Below, piece after piece: positions 46,201-53,643 of a stretch of 64,000 nucleotides of DNA; position 1 is the first letter of the stretch; each line of letters begins with the position of its first letter. Source of the stretch: Acidobacteriota bacterium. Its GTDB lineage: Bacteria > Acidobacteriota > Vicinamibacteria > Vicinamibacterales > JAKQTR01. The notes under the pieces are model-generated. The model saw nothing but the letters and a program-made list of their open reading frames with translations. It searched no databases and was not told the DNA's origin. The DNA is taken from the NCBI GenBank assembly GCA_026393755.1, contig JAPKZO010000040.1:231968-295967 (forward strand). Direction: 5' to 3'. The position numbers and the translations under genes were made by a program.

Positions 46201-46342
46201 CGGCTATCGGCCTGCCGCTCGGGTCGATCACAGACCCGACGATCGTCCCCGTCGTCACCTGCGCCTGAACGGCGGCGATGCCCGCGAGGTGAAGAAGAAA
46301 CGCCAGCAGCGCGACGCGCCTCGTCCACGGGTTAGCACGCAT
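43205..46342 (-). CDS. Oar-like TonB-dependent transporter (CarboxypepD_reg domain plus large beta-barrel)
   Basis: ATG 46342 with GGGGGAG SD and signal MRANPWTRRVALLAFLLHLAGIAAVQAQ. GSVIDPSGRPIAGATMV..GRYRFADLAPALYDI. Oar-type region LPLNRRDFLQLAMLTPGV..ANGGREEYNNFLLDGVDNND. Ends ..QLVVRVDF. Confidence 0.9.
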   Translation of the reverse strand: MRANPWTRRVALLAFLLHLAGIAAVQAQVTTGTIVGSVIDPSGRPIAGATMVASDGLRAVNRTTVSDGTGRYRFADLAPALYDISAVAPGFERVQREQVTVAVDSQQRLDFYLPVAGVVQAVEVTAPLASVQIESADLGTIIDQRRIESLPLNRRDFLQLAMLTPGVNPAAQGSELSSRGSFAMHANGGREEYNNFLLDGVDNNDPYVNRYVVQPPVDSIQEFKIATNSYSAEYGRSAAGQVNVITKSGSNRFELAIYEYFRNQVLNARDAFDEPGVKPPFNRNQFGASLGGPLLRNRTFAFASLDLLRERRSVTRLSTVPTDLQRSGNLSELPSAVIDPFTQQPFDGNILPVNRIDPIALKVLDLFPHANRPGLAGNYLYDAPLRESQNQAAVRIDHRLSDSAQLTVRYNHGLVDAIDPYGEDTETVPGFGNSYRDPAHNAMMQYQRVLGGRAISTTLGGFNSYARDILPENRGTDVGKLWGVDWLQVSGRDFGYPSMTVAGFSKIGDSTNLPIQRKTTTYQFAQAVTLDRGQHLWRFGGEIRHQRLDGNLDILARGSLSFSGFISGSGISDLLLGYPSFGLQSKSDNTLRLRTTAYNIYAQDDWKVGPNITINLGVRYEYNTPAVDPTNHMSSFDAATGTVVPVGTQGMPAAGMQPDRNNIAPRVGLAWRPRPGLAVRAGYGLYYDASMFEVNSAQYFNPPQFTLRVFFPTQFSLLTLADPFPSNGGFAPPASLSTLSPDLVTSSMQHWNLSLQQQVGPVGTLTVSYAGSKGTSLIRPRDLNQPRPGPGDVQDRRPYPEYGSIFFVESAGHSTFNSLQLTLNHPLVRGVSVSAIYTLSKSMDDGSSFLGTSGDPNFPQDSQNVAAQWGPSNFDIRHRFGASFIYQLPAGNALTRDTELRGIVTVQSGQPLTPLLRFDNSNTGNTGQQSGADHPDLVGSPSISSPSAAAWFNTAAFAVPAPYTFGDAGRNILRGPGYSSVDLALARRIRLGANRRVWIEAQVFNLFNRVNYDQPEHYVDEAATFGRIFSAKAPRQAQLVVRVDF

Positions 46343-46696
46343 AACTCCCCCAGCAAGAAAAAGCGGACATCGCCGCCCTGCGATGCCGTTCCATCCTGAC
46401 GTCCTCAGGACACGCGGCAGCAGGCAGCTATCCCAAACGACCGAAATCCGGCGCACAGCATAGCACTACAGGCATGCTTAGATACACCGAGCCCGCCTGG
46501 CGATCCAGTTCCGGACGGCGCGTCTGTTCTCGCCGGCGGGCGCTCGGTCTGCCTGTCCAGAATCCTTCAGCTGTGCCCGAAGGGGGGTATTCTAGCTGCA
46601 GGCCAGTTTGTCACCCGGCGCGTCGCAAGGCCATCGAGTGGCGGCGGGCGTCCAAGAAAGATGGGGCGTATCGACAGGAACCGAAGGGACATGCAC

Positions 46697-47905
46697 ATGA
46701 GCCGGTGGATCACTGCGGCAGTGCTGATGGCGACGGCGTTCGCCGGGGCAGCGGGCCGGGAGCCGGTTGCGGCGGCCGAGACTCCGAGTTTCGCCGGCCG
46801 GTGGACACTCAACCGTGATCTGAGCGAGTTTCCGCGCGAAGTCGGCTTCGGCATCGTGATCCGGCCAGGGGCCGTTGCGGGCGAGCGGGAAGTCAGTGAG
46901 GCGGCCGCGTACGTGCCGCGGAAGGAGAGCGAAGCGGAAGCGCAAAACGTGAGGCAGTTGGTGGACGAAGTGCGATCGCCGTCCCCGCACCTGACGATCG
47001 TCCAATCGGAGACGGCCATCAGCATCACCGACGATCAGGGCCGATCGCGACGGTTTCATCCAGACGGAAAGGACGAGTTCCAGCCCCTTGCCGCCGCGCC
47101 TGTCGCAACGATGACGAGGTGGGAAGGCGCGCTGCTGGTGGTGCGGTACAAGGTGGAAAAGGACCGGGAGGTCCGGTACACGTACTCGCACAAGCTCGAT
47201 CCGGCGCAGTTGATCGTGCAGGTGCAATTCGTCGATCGCGGCGAACGAGACATCATTACGCGCGTCTACGAACCCGCGCGGGCCGATGAGCCCCCGACCC
47301 CGGCGGGCGCGGTCCCGGCGGGTGCCACCCCGGCTGGCGCGCCCCAGAAGCCGCCTTCGGATTTGAGGGGCGCGTCCAAGGCCTACGATCCGGGTCGGAC
47401 GGCACTCCCTCCCGCCGCGACCGATCCGGGCAAGCAGGACGTGCCGGCCGTGGCAGGTGCCGCCCAGGCGCCCATTGGCGGGGTAAAGCCTGATGCCGAA
47501 CTCAAGGGCATCACGAGGCTCGGTGTGGTGGTTGAAGGTCTGGATTCGTCGGCTGCGACGTGCGGGCTGAAACAGGATGCGGTTGAGGCGATGGTCTCGA
47601 AGAGCCTCACCGACTCCGGCCTGAAGGTCGCGCGCAATGCCGACGAGGACACGTACGTCTACGTCAATATCATGACGACAAGCATGACCACGGGCTTCTG
47701 CGTGTCCAGATACGACGCCATCCTCTATTCGTACACGATGGCGAAACTCTCATACTCGGAATCGCCCCTGCTCCTGCAGGTGTCGCTCCTGCGCAACGGC
47801 GGTGTCACCGGCGGCGCCGCAAGCACGCACGGCGGGGCTGTGGTCAAGGTGCTGAAACAGTACGTCGATCAGTTTGCCGCGCGCATCAGCAACGCCAACA
47901 AGTGA
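46697..47905 (+). CDS. hypothetical secreted protein
   Basis: Signal MSRWITAAVLMATAFAGAAG. ATG 46697 is preferred by spacing to GAAGGGA; 46691 and 46661 are also possible. A Pro/Ala linker separates two globular halves. No family recognised. Confidence 0.65.
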   Translation: MSRWITAAVLMATAFAGAAGREPVAAAETPSFAGRWTLNRDLSEFPREVGFGIVIRPGAVAGEREVSEAAAYVPRKESEAEAQNVRQLVDEVRSPSPHLTIVQSETAISITDDQGRSRRFHPDGKDEFQPLAAAPVATMTRWEGALLVVRYKVEKDREVRYTYSHKLDPAQLIVQVQFVDRGERDIITRVYEPARADEPPTPAGAVPAGATPAGAPQKPPSDLRGASKAYDPGRTALPPAATDPGKQDVPAVAGAAQAPIGGVKPDAELKGITRLGVVVEGLDSSAATCGLKQDAVEAMVSKSLTDSGLKVARNADEDTYVYVNIMTTSMTTGFCVSRYDAILYSYTMAKLSYSESPLLLQVSLLRNGGVTGGAASTHGGAVVKVLKQYVDQFAARISNANK

Positions 47906-47906
47906 T

Positions 47907-47949
47907 CGCCGGATCTACCTCTTCGCCGGATCTACCTCTTCGTCGGATC
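47907..47949. repeat. 17-bp tandem duplication x2.5 (CGCCGGATCTACCTCTT) spanning the stop of the S9 peptidase gene
   Basis: Units at 47907-47923, 47924-47940 and 47941-47949 (one mismatch). The functional stop (47932-47934) lies in unit 2. Confidence 0.9.
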
Positions 47950-50265
47950 GAGAAACTTCTTGAGGAACGTCTCCATCCGACCAAGCGTGTACATCCACCG
48001 GCTGTGCAACATCGACTCGTGCGTGTCGTCCGGAAACACGATCAGTTCCATGTACACGTTGCGCTGGCGAAGCAACTGCACGAGCCCGGTCGTCTGGCTG
48101 AACGCCACGTTGCGGTCGTCGTCGCCGTGCACGAGCAGCACCGGTGACGTCCAGCCGTCGATGGCTCCGACGACCGACGACTTGAACCCCAACGTCTCGG
48201 GATCGAGCGCGCTGCCGCGCAGGTGCACGCCCGCGAGATCGACGCCGGCCTTGAACACGTCGGAGTTGCGCGCGAGCGCCTGCCCGGTGAGCAGGCCGCC
48301 GTACGACAGCCCCCAGATGCCCACGCGTTGCGGGTCGACGTCGGGCCGGGTCTGCAGGTACTTCGCCCCGGCGAGCACGTCCTGGTATTCTGAATTGCCC
48401 GCGGCCCCGGTATTCGCCGCCGCGCGGAACGACCGGCCGTAGCCGATGCCCAGCCGGTAGTTCACCGACATCACGATGTAGCCCTGACTGGCGAGCCACT
48501 GATTGATGGCGTACGCCCAGTGATAGAACTGCATGTAGTGATAGCCCGGCATCATCTGCCGCTGAGGCCCGCCGTGCACGAAGATGAGGGCGGCCCGTCG
48601 CTCGCCGGGCTTGAGATCCTTCGGCAGAAACAGCTGATTGTGGATCTCGAGGCCGTCTGGCGCCTTCGTCAGAATGATCTGCGGCTCGACGTGCAGGTCG
48701 GCCGGGAAGTTCTTCAGGGACGTGGGGAACACGATCTTCTGGGCGGCCGCGGCTGCTGACGAAGCGCCGCTCAGCTTCCAGACGCCAACCGACTGCGGCA
48801 TCTTCCAGCCGGCGCTGAGCGTCGCGAGCCACATGCCGGAGGCGAGCGGCAGCGGAGACGTCTCGATACCAGCCCCGGTCGTCACTTGCACCGGCGTGCC
48901 GCCGCCGATGGGCACGGCCCAGATGTGCCGCCGCTCGATGTCCTTGGCGTTCGTGCAGTAGTAGAGCGTCTTGCTGTCGGCCGACAGCTGCACCGACGTC
49001 CCGTCTTCGATGAGGCCGTCGGTCGTCGTCAGCAGCGCAGGTTTGCTGTCGGACGTGGTGAGGCTCAGCGCGTAGTACCGATCCCACTCGTCAACCGGGC
49101 CGGCCGGTGTCTCCGCGGAAGCCTGCCCTCGCCCGGCGCCCCTGCCGCCGAGATTGAAGCGGAACACCAGGGAATCGCCCGCAAGACGCATGTTCGCGGC
49201 CGTCGTGAACGTCATGTCGCCGGGCTGGTTGTGCCAGACTTCCCTTGCCTCGCCGGTCGCGATGTCCGCCTTCCAGAACGAGTACGTGTAGCCGCCTTTG
49301 AATGTCGCGCGGGTCAGGCCGGGGATCTTCAGCGCGGCCGCGTTGGGCGATGTCGGAGCCTGCGTTCCGCCACCGGTCGTGGCGCCCCGGCCGCGGCCGC
49401 CAGCCGTGGCCATGCCACCCCGCCCGCCGGCAGCGCTCGCGCTCTGCTCCGCCTGGGCGAATGAGTAGCCCGGCCGCCGCACAAACACAATGTTTCTGCC
49501 TTCGGCGGCCCACATCGGATTCGAATCGAAATCGACGCTCGGCGCCATGTAGGTGATCTTCCTCGTCGCCATGTCGTAGACGAGGATGAAGCTATGGTCG
49601 GTGCGCGTGCTGACGAACGCGATCTTCCGGCCATCGGGCGACCATGTCGGAGCACTCTGAACGCCCCACGCCGTGATGAACGCTTCCTCGCCGCGGTCGC
49701 GCGCGCTTGCCGGAGGCACCGGCGTGACCTTCGCGCGGTAGATCTGGCCCTCCTTCACGAACAGGACCGAGCTGCCGTCAGGAGCCAGCGCGTAACCTCC
49801 CGCTGGAAGCTTTGTGACGCGAAAGGCCTGCCCGCCGGCCGTGCGCGCGGCCCACACGGCCCGTTCGGGCCCATCGGGATCGGCCGATGCGTTGGCCACC
49901 CAGCCGTCGCGGTTCGGCGCCGTTCCCCGAATCACCGCCACAACCGCTCCGGCGTCCGAGATCTGGATGGCGGACATGTCGACGCCATCGTCTTTCAAGA
50001 AGCTCGTCAGGCGAACGGGCGCGAATGACGGGGCCGCAGCGGTGTACGCGTTGCGCTTGCCCTCTTCGAACGTCACCCACGCCACGCGGTCGGCGTTCTT
50101 CGCGGCGACCAGTTCGAGCGGCGACGCAGGACTGAGGAACTGCTGGTAAGCCGGAATCGCCCTGGCAGTTGCGGGGGCCGTCGACTGGGCGACCGCCACC
50201 GGGTCGCCGAGCGAAACGACGAGACCGCACGATGCCGCGATGAGCGCAAGACGGGTGAGGCGCAT
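47932..50265 (-). CDS. S9 family serine peptidase (prolyl oligopeptidase/DPP-like) with N-terminal beta-propeller, secreted
   Basis: Signal MRLTRLALIAASCGLVVSLG. Propeller repeats (WSPDGRKIAFVS). Catalytic GIWGLSYGGLL..VHGDDDRNV..DDTHE. GAGGAGGG SD. Confidence 0.92.
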   Translation of the reverse strand: MRLTRLALIAASCGLVVSLGDPVAVAQSTAPATARAIPAYQQFLSPASPLELVAAKNADRVAWVTFEEGKRNAYTAAAPSFAPVRLTSFLKDDGVDMSAIQISDAGAVVAVIRGTAPNRDGWVANASADPDGPERAVWAARTAGGQAFRVTKLPAGGYALAPDGSSVLFVKEGQIYRAKVTPVPPASARDRGEEAFITAWGVQSAPTWSPDGRKIAFVSTRTDHSFILVYDMATRKITYMAPSVDFDSNPMWAAEGRNIVFVRRPGYSFAQAEQSASAAGGRGGMATAGGRGRGATTGGGTQAPTSPNAAALKIPGLTRATFKGGYTYSFWKADIATGEAREVWHNQPGDMTFTTAANMRLAGDSLVFRFNLGGRGAGRGQASAETPAGPVDEWDRYYALSLTTSDSKPALLTTTDGLIEDGTSVQLSADSKTLYYCTNAKDIERRHIWAVPIGGGTPVQVTTGAGIETSPLPLASGMWLATLSAGWKMPQSVGVWKLSGASSAAAAAQKIVFPTSLKNFPADLHVEPQIILTKAPDGLEIHNQLFLPKDLKPGERRAALIFVHGGPQRQMMPGYHYMQFYHWAYAINQWLASQGYIVMSVNYRLGIGYGRSFRAAANTGAAGNSEYQDVLAGAKYLQTRPDVDPQRVGIWGLSYGGLLTGQALARNSDVFKAGVDLAGVHLRGSALDPETLGFKSSVVGAIDGWTSPVLLVHGDDDRNVAFSQTTGLVQLLRQRNVYMELIVFPDDTHESMLHSRWMYTLGRMETFLKKFLDPTKR

Positions 50266-50345
50266 GTTCCCTCCTCGGACGGATGTGAATCGGCCGGGCT
50301 AGTATACGCGAATCCGAAGCCTGCCGAGGGCAACTCGAAGATCCG

Positions 50346-50561
50346 TTATTCCCTCTGCGTGAGGACACGCTGCAGTTCCAGATTGGACCGCGAGCGGTAG
50401 CGCCGGCTCCAAGCGAGGATGGTGCCGTCCTTCATCTTCACGCGATCGTCGCCATGGAACCACGGCTGGAATTCCGCCACTGCGTCGAGACGGACGATCT
50501 CAGATCGGTTGATGCGCAGGAACCTCTCGGGGTCGAGCTTCTCTTCGATCTCCGCCAGCGT
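50346..50561 (-). pseudogene. LytTR DNA-binding domain remnant (C-terminal part only)
   Basis: This frame has no ATG/GTG/TTG start and is not in the track. TLAEIEEKLDPERFLRINRSEIVRLDAVAEFQPWFHGDDRVKMKDGTILAWSRRYRSRSNLELQRVLTQRE-stop matches the second half of a LytTR domain (FxRIHRSxIVNxxxI..). No receiver domain upstream. Confidence 0.7.
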
Positions 50562-50848
50562 CCAACCACCACATCGATGTCTCGTTCGCCGGCGGTCGCG
50601 AGCCGGACCACACCCGCAAGAGGATCGTCGGCATCGCCACGACAGACCTCAATCTGGACACGTGAGTCCGCCCCAAGCCTCGCCCACGTGGCTGGTTCGA
50701 GCGCGGCGGCATCGGTGGTGAAGAGATCCAAGTCGAAGGTGGAACGCGCGACGCCATGCACCGCGAGGGCCCCGGCACCGGCGAGCGCGTAGCGGGCGCC
50801 GACGCCGTCGAGAGCCGCCGTCACCTGTTCCAGCAGGCTCCCGCTCAC
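50438..50848 (-). pseudogene. minimal nucleotidyltransferase-fold protein, N-terminal fragment running out of frame into the LytTR remnant
   Basis: GTG 50848: VSGSLLEQVTAALDGVGARYALAGAGALAVHGVARSTFDLDLF.. (G..hG..R.T.DxD NTase signature). Recognisable sequence stops at ..DIDVVVG (about 50562). The rest is Arg/Ser-rich translation of the LytTR region in another frame. Confidence 0.55.
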
Positions 50849-50870
50849 TCCCCCGCCTCCTGCTTCACAC

Positions 50871-51434
50871 GACTGGGGCGACGGCCGGTCGCTGCTCGAC
50901 AAGTGGCAACGACTGGCCGCCAGGGAGGGCATCATCCTGGCCGGACCGGAATCCAAGGACCGACAGTTCTGGGCTCCAGACACCGACGGGCCAGCTTTCC
51001 TGCACGACATCATCGAAGCGGTCAAGCTGAAGGCCACCGTCGATCCAAAACGCGTCTACCTGTTTGGCCATTCGGCGGGAGCCGTCCACTCTCTCAGCAT
51101 GGCGGTGCTGGAATCCCAGTATCTGGCGGCGGTCGCGGTTCACGCTGGCGTCCTGCAAGGGGAAATGGTGCCCTTCCTCCAACTCGCGGAACGGAAGACC
51201 CCGATTGCCATCTGGGTCGGCACCGCCGATGCGTTCTTCCCCGTCGCGCCGGTGCGCGCGACACGCGACACGTTTGCCGCTGGGGGGTTTCCTGTCGAAT
51301 TGACTGAGATCAAGAACCACACACACGCGTACTACGACCGCGCGGACGAGATCAACAAAGCCGTCTGGGCCTTTCTCCAGAAGCACGCGCTCGCCGTTGA
51401 CCCGGTCTACAAGACGTGCGCCATCTCGCGTTAG
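50871..51434 (+). pseudogene. alpha/beta-hydrolase (esterase/PHB-depolymerase-like), 5'-truncated
   Basis: The frame is open from 50793, but there is no start codon before 51099. DWGDGRSLLDKWQRLAAREGIILAGPES..RVYLFGHSAGA (GxSxG)..IWVGTADAFFP..HTHAYY. The signal peptide and first strands are missing. The 5' end abuts the NTase fragment. Confidence 0.65.
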
Positions 51435-51447
51435 GTGCTGGGGTCAG

Positions 51448-53610
51448 CTACTGCTTTCCAATCCCGCGGTGCTGGAGCATCGGCTCGATGCTCGGATCCT
51501 TCCCGCGGAAGTCGCGGTACAGCTTGGCGTAGTCTTCTGTGTTGCCCCGCGACAGGATCATGTCGCGGAACCGGCCCCCGTTGGCCCGCGTCAGGCCGCC
51601 GTGCTCGGTGAACCACGCGAACGCGTCGTTGTCGAGCATCTCGGCCCACAGGTAGGCGTAGTACCCAGCCCAATAGCCGTTCGCCCAGATGTGGAGAAAG
51701 TAGCTCGATCGATAACGAGGCGGAACCTGGGGCAGGTCGAGACCGCTCGCCTTCAGCGCCGACGCTTCAAGCGCGTCGACCGCCTGTTCCGGCGATCCGA
51801 CGGGCAACGAATGCCACCGCATGTCCAGTTCGGCGGCGCCGAGGATCTCGGTCAGGCTGTAGCCCTGGTTGAACGTGGCGGCCTTCTTGATCTTGTCCGC
51901 GAGGTCCTGTGGCAACGGCGCGCCGGTCTTGTAGTGCACGGCGTAGTGCGCAAGCACTTTGGGATCGAGCGCCCAGTGCTCGTTGAATTGCGACGGCAGC
52001 TCGACGAAGTCACGCGCAACGCTCGTTCCCGACAGGCTCGGATATTTCTGGCTCGCGAACATCCCGTGCAGCGCGTGTCCGAACTCATGGAACATGGTTG
52101 ACACATCGTCGGGGCTGATGAGCGCCGGCTGGCCGGGCGCTGGCTTCACGAAGTTCCCCACGTTGTAGATCACCGGCTTGGTGCCCAACAACTTCGACTG
52201 CGTCACGAAGTTGTCCATCCAGGCCCCGCCGTTCTTGTTGTCGCGGGCGAAGTAGTCGCAATAGAAGAGCGCGATCGGCGCGCCATCACGGTCGATGACG
52301 TCGAACACGCGCACGTCCGGGTGATAGACGGGGAGGTCGTGGCGCTCCTTGAACGTCAAACCGTATAGTTGGTCGGCCGCGTAGAACACGCCGTCGCGAA
52401 GCACCCGGTCGAGTTCGAAGTACGGCGCGAGGGCGGCGCTGTCGAGATCGTATTTCGCCTTGCGCACCTGCTCGGCGTAGAAATCCCAATCCCACGGTGC
52501 GAGCGTGAATCCCCCGCGCTGTTGATCGATGACGGCCTGAATGGCGGCGGCTTCGCCACGCGCATTGGCCGTGGCCGGCGGGATCAGCCGTGCGAGAAAC
52601 TGATCAACCGCAGATGGCGTCTTCGCCATCTGGTCCTCGAGTACCCAGGCGGCGAAATTCGGGTAGCCCAGCAGTCCAGCTTTTCGCGCGCGCAGATCGG
52701 CCAGCGTGGCGATGATCTTGCGCGTGTCGTTGGCGTCGCCTCGCTCTGTGCGCATCCACGACGCCCGGAAGAGCTTCTCGCGGGTCGCTCGGCTGGTGAG
52801 CGACGCCAGCATCGGCTGCTGCGTCGTATTGACGACCGGGATCAGCCACTTGCCATCGAGGCCCGCCGATTTCGCGGCGAGGGCTGCCGCATCGATCTCG
52901 TCCTTCGACAGGCCGGCCAGCTCCGCGGCGTCGCCCACCACCAGCGCCGCGTTCTTTGCCGCCGCGAGCAGCAGGACGATGTACTTGGCGCTCAGCGCGG
53001 CGTCCTGCTCGTTCAGGGCCTTGAGCTTCGTCTTGTCGGCTTCAGACAACCTGGCGCCCGCGCGAACGAAGCGCTGATGATAGTACTCGACGAGATGACG
53101 CGACTCGGGATCGAGCTTGAGCGCCTCGCGCTGGACATAGATCGCTTCGACCCGCGCAAACAACTTTCCGTTGAGGAAGATGGCGTCGTCTTGCGCGGCG
53201 AGCTTCGGCGCCACGTCCTGCTGGGTCTTCTGCAGCGCGGGGTTCGTGTTGGCGGACGTGAGGCCGTTGAAGACGAGATTAACGCGCCTCAGCAGCTGGC
53301 CGCTCTTTTCGAGCGCGACGAGCGTGTTGTCGAACGTCGCGGCGGCTGGATTGTCGGCGATCGCCGCGATCTCCTGCAGTTGGATCTTGATGCCGGTTTC
53401 GAACGCCGGCTGGAAGTCGCCGTCCTGGATTCTGTCGAACGGCGGCACGCCAAACGGCAGCGTGCTCGGCGCCAACAGCGGGTTCGTGCGGACGGCGACC
53501 TGTGGCGAAGTCTGTGGCGTCATGGGACCCGTTGACCAGGATGAAGTTGAGACAATGCCGCCGACAACCACGCCGGCAAGAGTAAGAGCGAGAACCAGGT
53601 GGCGAATCAT
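51448..53610 (-). CDS. dcp: M3 family peptidyl-dipeptidase
   Basis: 720 aa with signal MIRHLVLALTLAGVVVGG. NPLLAPSTLPFGVPPFDRI N-terminus is typical of Dcp. Zinc motif MFHEFGHALHG. GAAGGAG SD. Confidence 0.92.
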   Translation of the reverse strand: MIRHLVLALTLAGVVVGGIVSTSSWSTGPMTPQTSPQVAVRTNPLLAPSTLPFGVPPFDRIQDGDFQPAFETGIKIQLQEIAAIADNPAAATFDNTLVALEKSGQLLRRVNLVFNGLTSANTNPALQKTQQDVAPKLAAQDDAIFLNGKLFARVEAIYVQREALKLDPESRHLVEYYHQRFVRAGARLSEADKTKLKALNEQDAALSAKYIVLLLAAAKNAALVVGDAAELAGLSKDEIDAAALAAKSAGLDGKWLIPVVNTTQQPMLASLTSRATREKLFRASWMRTERGDANDTRKIIATLADLRARKAGLLGYPNFAAWVLEDQMAKTPSAVDQFLARLIPPATANARGEAAAIQAVIDQQRGGFTLAPWDWDFYAEQVRKAKYDLDSAALAPYFELDRVLRDGVFYAADQLYGLTFKERHDLPVYHPDVRVFDVIDRDGAPIALFYCDYFARDNKNGGAWMDNFVTQSKLLGTKPVIYNVGNFVKPAPGQPALISPDDVSTMFHEFGHALHGMFASQKYPSLSGTSVARDFVELPSQFNEHWALDPKVLAHYAVHYKTGAPLPQDLADKIKKAATFNQGYSLTEILGAAELDMRWHSLPVGSPEQAVDALEASALKASGLDLPQVPPRYRSSYFLHIWANGYWAGYYAYLWAEMLDNDAFAWFTEHGGLTRANGGRFRDMILSRGNTEDYAKLYRDFRGKDPSIEPMLQHRGIGKQ

Positions 53611-53643
53611 ACGGAATGCTCCTTCGTAACGCGGATACAGCGT

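Noticed and set aside
50291-50296. TATACT -10 hexamer (minus strand) upstream of the 47932-50265 peptidase as a promoter matching the TTGAAN-N17-TAnACT pattern seen at 17262 and 33554.
   Set aside because: No acceptable -35 lies at 16-18 nt; the nearest TTGCCC is 21 nt away. Left uncalled.
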